Shown here: positions 37,892 to 50,685 of the stretch, one piece after another
Position numbering within the stretch: the stretch's first letter is position 1
How the letters are laid out: each line of letters starts with the position of its first letter
Source of the DNA: Balanoglossus misakiensis
Lineage: Eukaryota; Animalia; Hemichordata
Length of the DNA stretch: 64,000 nt
Reading direction: 5' to 3'
Assembly: GCA_040954595.2 (NCBI GenBank)
Contig: CM082579.2
Location: 7,925,625-7,989,624 of the forward strand
Notes under the pieces: generated by a model
What the model saw: only the letters and a program-made list of their open reading frames with translations
Database searches by the model: none
Told to the model about the DNA's origin: nothing
Made by a program: the position numbers and the translations under genes

Positions 37892-40800
37892 TTACAACTT
37901 CGCGTCCAATCCCAGCATTCCAAGTGACTCTTCCCTCATGATGAATTTTTGCACTTTCCCAGTGACGGTCATCGGAAACGACTCCACAAAACAGATGTAG
38001 CGTGGGATTTTGTAGTGGGCAATCTGTTGACAGAATAAGCACACACAGATATATTAACAACTTTTGCTGGGTACAGGCTACTTTCCATGGACTGGAACAA
38101 AATCAGATGCAGGGTTAGGCGCCATCTTCATCTCATTTTGGCTGTTCTGTTCTTTGTCCTGGCTGTTCTCCCTTCTGAACAGAACAGCCAAAAATCAACA
38201 CAGGTAAAGGTGGCACCTAACTCTACATCTGATTTTAATCAGATTGGGACAAGACCAGCTTTCCATCGCTTTCTATTAAAAAAAAATTACACGTCTTGCA
38301 ACACTTAAGCAACAACTGGGGCACTTTAGTCTAGATGCGAACAATCTTTTTTCTTCTAACAGAGACAAGAGAAAGAAACTTGATTCGCTTACCTGGGGAT
38401 CCCTAACGTCAATGCCTAACTACAGCTCTTTCTGTGTGATAATCTCTCTACGACAGCTTTCGCTTTCTCAAGACCTGCGACTGACTATTTCTACTCTATG
38501 CAGCACGTCGCGATGTGCTCTCCGTCGCATCACTGACCAAAATGACCGTACGGCTCGCACACTGGCTGGAGAAAGGGCTGTCTTTGCTTTGTGTTCAAGA
38601 CTGCCGACCTACACTGTTTATTAAGTCTGAGGAATGTGTACCTTCATAGCGCAAAGACCTCAAACAGAAGAGGTGCAGAAACAGCTTATCTAAACGTCTG
38701 CAGACAATACAACGCAGCATGTAGCAATACAACACACACTAGATACCACTGACTAGCACAATTGTGTAATCATACCAAATTATATAAGATCCAAACTCTA
38801 AAACATACTACATGTTTAAGTCTGGTGTGGTGGTTGGGGCTTTGTCCTCTAAAATACATTGGAAATTTACAAGTTTCCAATAAATGAACTGGAATCATAC
38901 ATGTGTCTTATAAATCAAAGGGAATCATGTGACATGTACAATTCTGATAAAATCAATTGGAATCTGTATCATGAAGATTCCTCTAAGACCAACTACAATA
39001 CAGCAAGTTTCTAATAAAATCCTACACACTTCCTACAAAATTATCGGTACAGTATTTCTTTGTTCACAGGGATAACATTTTTACATCCCTTCCATCAGCG
39101 AAATTCTCACTCTGTCATTGAAACCACAAGTGCCTTACCTGTCCTTGGCAGAAATGTTTGATCTCCTCCGCGTCTGCCGTCTGAGCTGCTTTGAGTTTAA
39201 TCCATGCACAGATCTCCTCTCCCAGCCTCTCATCAGGAACACCAATTACCTTGAATGCAAGCGGAAAATGATAATTGTTAACGACAGGTCTCGACACAAT
39301 GTCTGTACCGCAACCAACTGTTCCTGTCATTTATTTGAGCACAACAAACCTCTAGACTGCCGAGGACATTCTTAACGGAAGTACATCTGTACATGTACAA
39401 TTTTGCAGAGTGGCCATTTAACCGTTAGGCGACAAAGATGGCCGCCTGTCAGCCAACCACCCAAGAGTTATTGCTTTAACCCTTTCACCACCATGGTCCA
39501 GTCCAAATCCATTGTTTTCTATGGTAAGGTCGGACTTCTAAAGTGGGAACTGGGGGTGAAAGGGTTAAGGTGAAAGATGAGCATATAAAATATTATAAAA
39601 AAAATGTATATATATGTAAAAAAAACGACGCAGCAACCACTCTCAGTGAGAACCACATTGATTGGGAGTGCCATCACCCCTTTCAGATTTTCACAGTAGT
39701 TTAGAGTCAACCTTTTTTACCTGAACATCTTCAATCTTGGGATGCTTATACAGAAACTGCTCCACTTCAACGGGATACACATTCTCGCCACCTCTGATGA
39801 TCATGTCCTTCATCCTTCCCACGATTCTGACGTATCCATTGACGTCCATCACCGCGATATCCCTACAACAACAACATCGTTCATTTGCATTAAAGCTACA
39901 CAGTCACCACCAATTTACATACGCCCATATATGGCTGAAATGGTGTATCTGAGTGTTCTAAAGAACACATGGTGGCACTCTTTTTTTCCGCATGTGCCAC
40001 CCACTGAAAATCTGTGATTGGCTAGATCTCAATTTGCCATGGTAACTATAGCTGATCATTTTAGGTCCTACTGCAATATGGTCGACTTACCCAGTGTTAA
40101 ACCATCTGTCTTTCCCGACCACTTCATTGGTCTTCTCATCATCGTCCCAATAGCCAAGCATGGTGGAAATTCCTCTCGTGCACAATTCTCCGGGAGTTTC
40201 CACGGCAACGATGTCGCCAGTCTCTGAATCAATCAGTTTAGCCTGAAATCATACACACATGAAGTGTTGTTTTCAATGACTGCGATTGTTTGGATGAAAC
40301 TAATGTTAGACTAACAAAAGAACACACTAGCATTCAATGACGGTAATGTTCTTCATCACGATTATTATCATAGGCACTATGAGTAGACCAATACTGAGGC
40401 TTTAGACCAGATGACCAGCCAAAGTTTTGCCACATTTGCAACACACTCCCCTTTCCGCTAAGCTTTTGTTGTACATCCACATGGAAATGGCAGGTGTATA
40501 AAACTGGAATGCTTGCTTACCTCTGAGTGAGCCAGCGGTCTGCCAATTGTCGAGACGCGGACTTCTAGTGGGTCGTCCCGAGTTGCTTGGAATGTCACCG
40601 GGCTTGTTTCTGTCAAACCGTAGCATATCTACACACAAATAAACACAAGAAAAGAAGCATGTGAATGAAAAAAGTGAAGCAAGGTCCATCAGCATGTGAA
40701 CACAGATAAGCTCAAGACAGGCCAGCATGAGTTGAGATTAGAAGTTCAAAATTTCCACAGCAATGACAATCACTTAAAACTTACGCTGATATCCTTGATG

Positions 40801-43800
40801 TTCATCTTAGCAATGGCTTGTTTCATGGTTTCTATTGGACATGGGGATCCCGCCATTATTCCCGTGCGCAGACTCGACATGTCAAACGTGTCGATCTCCG
40901 GGTGATGCAGCATGTCAATGAACATTGTAGGTGTGCCATACAAAGAAGTAATTCTGCCAATTGCATAAAAAACAAAAGGGCATAAATGTCCAGAACAATA
41001 TAAATGCTAACATCAACTCCCTGTACCTTGCATGCCTCAAAACTAAACTATCCAGTCTTACATTACACAGTCTCATGATTTTGAAACCCAACACTGAGCA
41101 TATAAAGACCTATCCTCACAAGCTACATTGTACCCTTGCCTACCTTTCTTCTGCCACAGCCTTCAGTGTTGGGCCCGGTTCAAACGATGGCGACGCATAC
41201 ACGATGGTGGACCCGAAAGTCATAGCCGACAAACTGCCCAGAACCATTCCAAAGCAATGATACAGAGGGACTGGCACACCAATAACATGATCCTGGTGAA
41301 ACGAAATCACACATTATGCAGTTACAGATAGTGGCTGACTTGGAAGTTACATTTTGTTTCTCATTTCTCAACAATGCACCAGTACATCTAAGGCAAAGGA
41401 AGACTCACCTCGGCGTGGTAACCCATCGCTCTGCCAACAAAATAGGCATTATTCAATATATTGTGATGTGACAGAGTAACTCCTTTTGGCGACCCTGTTG
41501 TACCCTGGTGATGAAACGCATACACCATACGTTAACACTTTGCACGCAAAAATTTTTCTTCTTTCAAACATTGATCCAATGATTTTTTCAGCAGGCAAAT
41601 TCTCATCAAACTAGGGTCCTCTTTGTATCTGTCACAGGAACACATTTCTTGACATGGTACTAATATTGGTATCGCAATTTGATTTTGCAATATTTAGAAT
41701 ATTTCAGAACCTGTGTATGTTGCGAGCATTCTTTTTCAAGCAATTTCAACACCACTGAACCATATGTGCTGAGCTCAAGCCTATGTTGCTGTTACCTGTT
41801 ATTGTGTCAGACCCATGCGCCGACGAAACAGCCAACAGCAAAGAAGATCCTGTGCTGTACACTGGGTACAATTATTGCAGCTTACTTACCGATGTGTATT
41901 GAATATTAATAGGGTCATCAAACTGTAAATCATCTTGGAGTTCTTCCACTTCCACAAAGTGTTCATTGGTGGGCGCGTCTAGAATGTCGTCAAACATGTA
42001 CGCCCCGGGGAAATGTCCCTCTCCTAGCATTACCACCGTCTTCAACTCGGGCAACCTATCGGGGGATAAGACCAGATACATGTTACCGTTTACACGACTA
42101 TTTTACGACATTGTTTTTTTCCATGCAGTACAGATGTTAAAGGACATCCCAGAATGCACTCTCCCGGTGGGCTACATGTAATCGGTCTTCTATCACTTGA
42201 ATATTCACAGAGTTCATCATCTTCCGTACTGCGACGCCAGGTGATGACATAAGCCCAGTTGTACCTACCCTGCACTGTTGATCTCACCTGGGTGAGATTT
42301 TTCCAACTCCGGACAGATTTCTCGCAGCATTGCGTAGTAGTCTTGCGTCTTGAAGGTCTGGTCAGAAATCAGCGCTTTGCAGCCAACCTGTCGAGAATTT
42401 CACCGTGCCTTCACATTTAACAAGTTAGGAATTTGAACAAGAAACTGCAGTAGATACACATGACAAAAATTACTGAAAAACACAGCGAAAAGTTACACCT
42501 AATGAAGCTTTAACAATTTGGACAACGTGCTGTAGTTTTGCGATGTTGTTTTCGATTGGTCAGTTCCTTGTCATTTCACTATTCAAAAAAGGAGTACAAC
42601 GTGTGCATAGCCCCGAGTTTTGGGCCTTCAGAGGCGTTGCATACCCCCCCCCCCCCCCCCCTCACATTTTGGCTGTATGGACCATACCTTTTTCAGTGCA
42701 TAGTGTAGCTCCATAGGTCTGTACGCTGGGTTGATGTTGACCTGTATCGCCCCTATGCGACTTGTCGCGTACTGAGTTAACACCCACTCTAACCTATTAG
42801 GCGCCCACATTCCAACTCGGTCGCCCCTCTTTATGCCAATGGCCAGAAGGGCTGCAGCCAGTCTGTCAATCTGCAAGTCAAAAAGACAGCTAAACTAAAG
42901 ATCTTTTCTATTTGTCTGTGGTTATATAGCTTCCACTAATTTCAGAAATACAAATGAAATATGGAATACCACTATTGACTACACATAGAAATTTGTCTCG
43001 AGCAGTCTCTCTAGTAAATAATCAGCCATAGGAAAACCTGTGGCTAATTTCACTTCAGTGATTTATGTAGCCATTTACTTCTAAGCACATATCCTTGAAC
43101 TGACAGCCCCAGTTCTGGTTGACTGAGCACAAGATGATCACAAGGTTGTCAGGTATAAATGTATAGCTGCATGTAAAATACAGGACTTATATAAGAGTTC
43201 TATCATCTTGCCAGATATCACTTTTTCACATCAAGTTTTATCTCGTACTTTTGCAGTTCTCATTGGTAGCTTCTTCAAGGACTTTATTGATTTTTTTAAA
43301 CACCACTTCGATGTGCAGTTCTAGGACAGTTACCCCAAGGACACTTACACACGCAATAATGTATCACCAGATACTTCTTACCCTCTGCCCAACCTTTAGC
43401 CCTGACTGCTGGGTGGAAACTGGTGGCAGCTGTCCAGGGGGTAACCGTCCCGATACCATCACAAATCAACTGACCTGACCCTACGACACACCGATGTTCT
43501 TATTTACCTCTTGTTTGAATTGTGCATATGTTTTCCTGACGCCCTGATGGGAACACACGACAGCAATCTTGTCCGGGTATTTCTCTGTTGTCTTGTCGAT
43601 GGTTTTACCGATGGTCTGCCCAAGAAGCGGTACACTGCTGGCTGAGTGCGCATAGCTCTGCGTGTAATTCTGGTTCCGATGGCTGTACCGTTCCGAGCAC
43701 GTATTCATGCAAAGAGAGAAAGAACATAAATAATGAAACATGCGATTTCAAGAAGAGTCTAGCTTCACATGGTTTTGTTCAATGACATGACATTGTCAGT

Positions 43801-44791
43801 TAGTACATAGTACTATTTGGGATGGTGCAGATTTCTGTTTGTGGTTTCTTGGTGTATGTGTCAAATGGCGTCAAAACTTGTCTCCCAATTTTGGGATGAC
43901 ATTTGACCTACTTCTGCGGTTCTGTCAGGGACCCTAACCATGGTTCTATCTAAACGAAGGCCATCACAGTTCACATATATCTAAGAACTTAAAAGTACAC
44001 AGTCACCTTTGACCAGCGTACTCTAAGCTGGCACTGTATCCTGCAGAATATACTGTAGCCCCGCCCCCATGATCTGCCAAGCACCCCTCCACCACATATC
44101 AGATGGTTCAACCCTTACATAACATTTGTTCCAGGGTCTATGCCTGGTCTATGCTGTGATGCACAATGCAGACCACAGTCCCTCTATCACATAGGCTCTG
44201 TTCGAATCAACAACTTAATCAACTGTAAAGCAGTGATCAAGATAAAATGACACTATCTTTCTTTCGGTACTTTGTCAGTCCAAGCACTGCCACGTACCAT
44301 AATTAGAACATCAACGCATGGCTGGGCTGGCGCTCCATGCATACGGTAGTACATGTACATGATAACTGATCCCGGGCCGGGGAAGTGTCCGGAGTTATAT
44401 AAGAACAAGTAACCGGCAAACCGACTACTTTGTCTTTTCTGACCGGCCACTTCTTTCAGAAAACTACTAAACTACTAGTTAAACTGTTCTCTCTCACACA
44501 ACCACGGTATTTTAAGCGCTTTGCTCAATCGGACAACAATCCACCTATTCTAAGGTCACTACTTTCTCAACGTGTCGCCTGTCCGGGATGTCTTCCGGGG
44601 CTATCTCACTGCGATGTCCACGTACGACAGGCGTTGGAACAACACTGATCAAATTTACGTATATACCTTGCAGTGCAAAAAGCGTTGTTACTTGATGCCA
44701 CTATTGGTACATGTTTCTGTAGCACTCCAGACCACTTGGCAAACTTCGTCATCTGTTTGGTCAGAGCACGACTTCGCCAGCAGACGTCCAT
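37892..44791 (-). CDS. ACSF2: Acyl-CoA synthetase family member 2-like (medium-chain acyl-CoA ligase), 13 exons, 608 aa
   Basis: Exons (minus): 44791-44667, 43682-43508, 42870-42688, 42387-42269, 42055-41890, 41504-41409, 41292-41144, 40953-40785, 40628-40521, 40242-40091, 39862-39721, 39249-39139, 38023-37892; total 1827 nt, all GT-AG with matching phases. Motifs: [14 protein letters not shown] (AMP-binding), [42 protein letters not shown]. Exon 1 and the exon-2 acceptor are the least certain parts. Confidence 0.93.
38099..38236. mobile_element. ~140-bp palindromic (foldback/MITE-like) element in last ACSF2 intron
   Basis: Outer arms 38101-38124 / 38211-38234 (21 of 24 complementary) and a perfect 17-bp inner stem 38136-38152 / 38177-38193. 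Confidence 0.65.
39476..39568 (+). mobile_element. piggyBac-type MITE copy 5 (best preserved, 85 bp between TTAA duplications)
   Basis: TTAA-CCCTTTCACC...GGTGAAAGGG-TTAA; perfect 10-bp TIR and TTAA TSD, the piggyBac signature. Confidence 0.9.
43324..43457. mobile_element. MITE-like remnant with terminal inverted repeats
   Basis: GGACAGTTACCCC (43324) ... GGGGTAACCGTCC (~43438-43450). Confidence 0.5.
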
Positions 44792-46591
44792 TTCAACCGG
44801 TGGAGTTCGACAAGGGAAGATGAGTCTGCTTCGAAGCTGGATTCTGTTTCGGATGCACTACAGTAATAATCTGATTGTCGTTTCGCAAGCGTGGCCGTCT
44901 TAAAAGTGGTACGCACCTCAATTTAAATGTTCATCGTATTGCTCCAAAATTTCAGGGATGATTAAACGTGATACCAGATTGGCAGAATGTTACAGATGGG
45001 GAAAAAATTGGGGTCCACCACCATCAAATTTTCCAGCGACAGCGCCCCCTATAATCCAATGAAGGAAGATTGCCGATTTTCTTATTTTTGAACAGCAAAA
45101 CGAATGTTTGTTTGAATTATACAATTATTTCTACACATTGAGCAATATACAATTATTTCTCCACATTGAACAATTAATTTGTGTCCTGCTTTCAAGCAGG
45201 GGCAATGTGGAAATGGACTTGGTTATATACAGCAACTTGGGGGGTCTGAAACTAAGGGTTGTCACCGCTGTCACATCTGTAGGTTTTATAACTGATGCGT
45301 GATTGAGCTGAGCGAAAGTGGTGCGTTGCCTCTTGAAACATCGATCAAATTCTGGCACATAGCCGATAGGCGAATCTCTCACAGGTACAATGTTTTGTTT
45401 ATACTATATACTTCTCATCATGTCATCAGTGTCGAAGTTTTATTTTAGAATGTTGCAAAAGGGAATGGTATGTATTATGTGACCCACTTTCGCGATCAAA
45501 ACAATGCGACGTGTGTGTACAGTGTACGATCACGAACCACGGGCGTTTGTTGACACTCATAGTCCGTAGAATAATTTGAGCCTGCACTTCCAAAAACTGC
45601 ATCAGCCACGCAATTATAGCCCGGATTTAATTTATAGACGATCCGATGAATCTAGAGATCGTCCGGTGACGTTATACTGGATGTTATTATGATCATGGAT
45701 ACTGATTATATGGAGCCCAGTGCGAGTGTGACGTAATGTGGTCATGTGTTTTGCACATGACCGCAATGACATATCAAGTTGCCAGTGAGCTGAAAGGGGT
45801 GTGACGCACTTGAGCTCAGGCATCAAAGGGACATGTTACTATGCTCTTTGGACAAACACAATCATTGGTTTGGGTTTTTCCAAAGAGAGTTGTGTTTCCA
45901 TAGCAATCAGGACTTTAAGTATGCATGACACAAACAGACACAAATCATCAAATGAAAAGAAAAATTGTAAACCTGTCATTGTAATGATATTGACATACAT
46001 ATGAAATATAATAATCTCTACAAAAGTGTCGAAATTTTGAAGAAAATGGTAAAGTCAGTCTGTTAGCCACCATTTTTTTTGTACCAGTCCATGTATTGAT
46101 GGAATCAGATTTGTAGTTAGTGCACTGGTTTATTGCAGGATATAGAACATGTTACAATGTAATATATTGATTGATCAAAGGGTGTGTCATTTACGTGCCA
46201 TAGTCAGGGGCCGTTTGGGGAAGAATACTAATACAATAATACCTTCTTACGTACAGCCAAGAATTATTTTAGCACATGTTGGTTTGAGGCAATATTTGCA
46301 AATACCAAATCCAGCTTTGTGTTGCCTCAGCTTCTTGTGGAATTAAGCTGTTTCATTGTAGTCCAAATGATTTTTTTTTATGTTGTCCAACTTTTCTCTG
46401 CAGTGACTTGTTGGAATGGTGTTGGGTGGATCCAACATGAATTGCACTGTGTCGTAATTTGAAACATTCACCGACCAGGAACTGATTTTTAATAGAAATG
46501 AGTCAGCCTGGAAAACAGAAAGCAAAGTGACATAAGAAAATTGTGTGAAACATTCTCACCATGCCAACTTTGGTTTGTTACAGTACCCATA

Positions 46592-49500
46592 ATGGAAGGT
46601 AGACGAGAGCTGTGTACGCCTAGCTGCAGGCCTTCACCAGCTGTGCCACTTCTCCCAGAGACACAGGTATGTAGTTTGATTGTCAGTGTCGCAATACGAT
46701 GTAAACCTGTGACGTGCGATCTATTTTTGTCAAAATCGCAGACAATTATCATTGCTGAGATTCAGATTTTATTGATGAGAGAGAGAGAGAGAAATTGAAT
46801 TTCTCCATATTCAAGCCTTTCTTCTAATCAGCCTTGAGTGTCTGTCTGTACATTGGTTGTCGTTCCAAATGAAAATTATAATATCAATTCAAATTGACAA
46901 ATTAGATATTTTTGCTGTCACGTAGTTGTCAGCGTCGCAATACGGTGTAAGCCTGTCATGTGATCTATTTTTGTCTAAATTGGACGGACAATTCAATGCT
47001 CATTACTGTGATTGAAAATAAAGATTTATTGATGAAAACGGAGAAATAACTTTCTCCAAATTTAAGCTGTATGAATAGTCTCCACCAAAAGTCATGAGCT
47101 TGAATTATTCCTACATGTAGCTACATGGACTTGTATCAAATTCGTAATGAGTCCCGCTTTCGACGACAGACGGCTCGTGGCCCTTGACTGAAGGGTCATG
47201 AATTATTCATTACTTTTAATCACCCTGATACCATATAAGGGACGGTCTGTTGAATTATTCATGAGCCTTTAAGACAGTTACCCAGACATGTCATAGTATC
47301 TGAACACCTTGTCTCCGACGGCTAGATACGTATCCTCCCACTATGTTCATTCTTCATGCTGTAAGTATATACTTCATACATGAAAATTCACACATGAAGC
47401 ACTACATATGTAGCTATGCCATCCTGATCTGTAGCCGTATTCAGTACACTGAAATTGATGCAACATAAAGATCATTAGCAAGAGATAACAGTAATATTGG
47501 GACCCACGGGTGATGTTTAATTGTGGCAGGTGTGAATTGAGAGTTGCCAAATGTCATGTACAGTGGAGACAGAGTTAGTTAAATGTGATGTGCTGTTGAA
47601 TGGCAAGGCTTGTATCGGTAAATTTGCATTCAGGAAATCTACTCTGACGTAATTCCGTCAATGGGAATAATTCACCGGCGATGTATAATTCCTTAGGTGA
47701 CAGAGTTGCCTTTGTGTGAATTGTTGTGAAATTATATTATGCTCATTAATACTGCAGTGTTGCTTTCTATGTTTTGATCATTGATGAATGTCTCAAAACA
47801 TAAACATGTACGTATCTGTTTAAAAAAAATATTTTTTTTAATGTGTCTTCTGCTTTCCAGACAAACGTACATTAAAAATGACAAATGTATCCCCAGGTTT
47901 TATAGCTTAAAATGTCAGAGTACATGTCTTAGCTGAAGAAATAAATGAGTCTCTGTCAATGGTTTGAGATGAGTCATGCATTGACGTTCTTAGGGCTCAG
48001 TTTGTGTAAGGGAAGTGAGGGGTTAGAAACTATATTTCATCTTTCTTGATTTTATTAGATACATGGTGCTTTGAATGTGGTATGCTTGGTCAGTGCAAAA
48101 TATACATAGTTGAACAGACTCCACACCCTGGCCTTGCAGAGCACCCATACGACTAACCACGCCCACCATATACATATAAGTACATTGGGTATCGTTTATA
48201 TTGTGGTCAGTGAGCACCCGCCTGAGAGTACTTGCCCGTGAAGTTGTGATCAAGGGTTAGATTAAATGTATATTTTGTATACTGACAGTAACACCGGACG
48301 TGTACCTTTGGTGTCATGAATGTATCTGCAAGGCTGCTGTATTAAGAAACACTACTGGTGACAGTGTCAAATATAGAAAGACACATGTACATGCACACAA
48401 AATAAATAGTATTATTCTTTGTTTTTCTCTATTTTTTACCTGTAGGGTGACAGGCTGTCTCAGTCCTTTGACTCCGTCAAGAAATACCTGTTCGTGACCG
48501 GCACCGCTCTGTGCGTCTTCATCGCAGCTCGTAATTCCATAACCTGGCATCTGCAGCAGTTCTGGGGGGCCTCCGGTGATTTCTGGGAGTACCGCTGGCT
48601 TCAGATCCATGATTACTTCGGAGGTGACCCCCTGACGATGGCCGTACTTGGTGAGGAGAAATAAAAGGAAATCCTGCATAGTCATTTTAAGAGATTTTGG
48701 GGCTGGTGGATGGAAGGTTAATGATTGTATAAAAGAAACCTACCAAAATGGATTCTCTCTCTGTGTTGCAATAATTTCTTTCAAGAAATCAGCATGATGG
48801 TACAAACAAATTGTTTAACCTATACTGACAGTGTAATATTCCCTTGGTCGATTGACAGGTACCATCCTCGTCACTCTGATACCGTACTGGTTCTTTGGTG
48901 CATTGTTCATCCTGGTGGACGCCACAGGGAGGCCGGCGTTCATTCTCAAATACAAGATACAGCAGGACAAGAACGTACCGGTAAGTACCAGTGCGCATGC
49001 ACGGCATAACCCACTAGCTACCAATTGCTCATTCAGGAAATAAATTTTGGGGGGAACCTGTTTAGGGCATAGTAGGGATTTCTCAACACTCCGGATCTGA
49101 TAAATTATACATATAGCACCTAGCATCCATCAGCAATGTTTACTGGTGCTTTACAGTAAATCACAAGTACGGTAAGCTTGCATGAATACTAGAATGATCT
49201 GTTGCTGTACGAATTCTGGTCTAAGTTACACTGAGTGCATTGGTCTGTTGCTGGAATGATGAGCTCTGCTAATGTTATTTTGTTATATGAGGTCCAAAAT
49301 GTATGACGGAGTCAATTCAAATTTGTGATATCACAATTGAAAAAAATGGATTCCACTTTGGTCGGCGTCACTGCTCACATTGTGATTCCACTTACTTTCC
49401 TCCACAGGTCGATCCAGTGCAGTTGCGTAAGGCTATTCTGACTGTGCTCTTCAACCAAACAGTTATAACCATCCCCTTTGTGTCGCTCTTCTATCCTCTA

Positions 49501-50685
49501 CTGCGATGGCGAGGCAACAGCTTTGGCGAGGAGCTGCCCACATTTCACTGGGTGCTGGTCGAGTTGGTTGTCTTCTCCCTCGTGGAGGAGATTGGCTTCT
49601 ACTACGCTCACAGGTGGGTGTGGCAATCGCTGAGACTCCTCAGATATATATTTTTGGTAATATACATACATCAAGGGCAGATTTTCAGAAACAGTTGTAC
49701 TTTCTACTGACCAGAAAATTGTAGCAGACACTAAAGGTCATTGAGTATTATATATGTCATAATTTTTCAGGGCTAATACAACAGAACATTGTACATGTAG
49801 ACACTGATCATTGATGGTTATCTATGCTGCAATTTTTCAGGGCTCTACACCACCCCTCCCTGTACAAGCGCATACACAAAGTTCACCACGAATGGACCGC
49901 CCCGATCAGCATCGTCTCCCTCTACTGCCACCCTGTGGAGCACTGCGTGTCCAACCTGCTGCCTCCTCTGCTGGGGCCGCTGCTGATGGGATCGCACATC
50001 GCCACCGTGTGGCTGTGGTTCAACATCGCGCTCATGTCCACCATAGTCGCCCACTGCGGATACCATCTGCCCTTGCTGCCCTCCCCCGAGGCCCATGATT
50101 TCCACCACCAAAAGTAAGTGCCAGTTGCAAATACTTGACTGTACTATAAAAACCTGCCTAGTCCGGACACAAAAGGAACTGAAGATATTGTTCAGTGTAC
50201 AGAGGTGTCCGGTTTATAGACGTTCTTTTAGCGTGTTGTATGTACGTCCAAAAATAGGCTCGAGTTGCACGTACAAAATGTACAGGAAACCCAATCTAAT
50301 CCGGACACCTAAGGAACTGAACACAGGTGTTCGGTATACAGACAGGTTTCCAGATTAGACAGGGTTCAGTTTTAATAGATATGTTTTACTGGGTTTATTA
50401 TGTTCTTCACTGTGAACCATTGGATTTTCTATTTTTAATCCATTTTTGAGACAGCATCTGATTTTATTTTCTTGCCCCCAATGAGCCCGGAACTCAAACA
50501 GAACGTACACGCCTTGTCTTTGCAGGTTTGTCAACAACTTTGGCGTACTAGGGGTGCTGGATCGCCTGCACGGAACGGACAACCTGTTCCGGGCCAGCAA
50601 GGCCTACCAGCGCCACTTCCTGCTGCTGTCCGCAATTCCGGTGTCGCAGCAGTTCCCTGAGAACCCGAAGAAGAAACCGCAGTAG
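46592..50685 (+). CDS. FAXDC2: Fatty acid hydroxylase domain-containing protein 2-like, paralog B, 6 coding exons, 346 aa
   Basis: Exons 46592-46666, 48446-48650, 48859-48980, 49408-49613, 49841-50113, 50526-50685 (1041 nt, phases consistent). RNSITWHLQQFWGASGDFW, EEIGFYYAHRALHH, HKVHHEW, HDFHH and GVLDRLHGTD are typical of FAXDC2. The first exon is less certain. Confidence 0.92.
46678..47062. repeat. Diverged direct duplication (~130-bp segments ~245 bp apart) in FAXDC2-B intron
   Basis: TTGTCAGYGTCGCAATACGRTGTAARCCTGT...GATCTATTTTTGTC at ~46680 and ~46926. Confidence 0.8.
50143..50391. mobile_element. Degenerate Tc1/mariner-pogo-like MITE
   Basis: TACTATAAAACCTG...CCGGACAC start, internal repeated CCGGACAC..AGGAACTGA / GGTGTCCGG, end resembling GTTTTACTG. 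Family assignment is inference. Confidence 0.45.
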
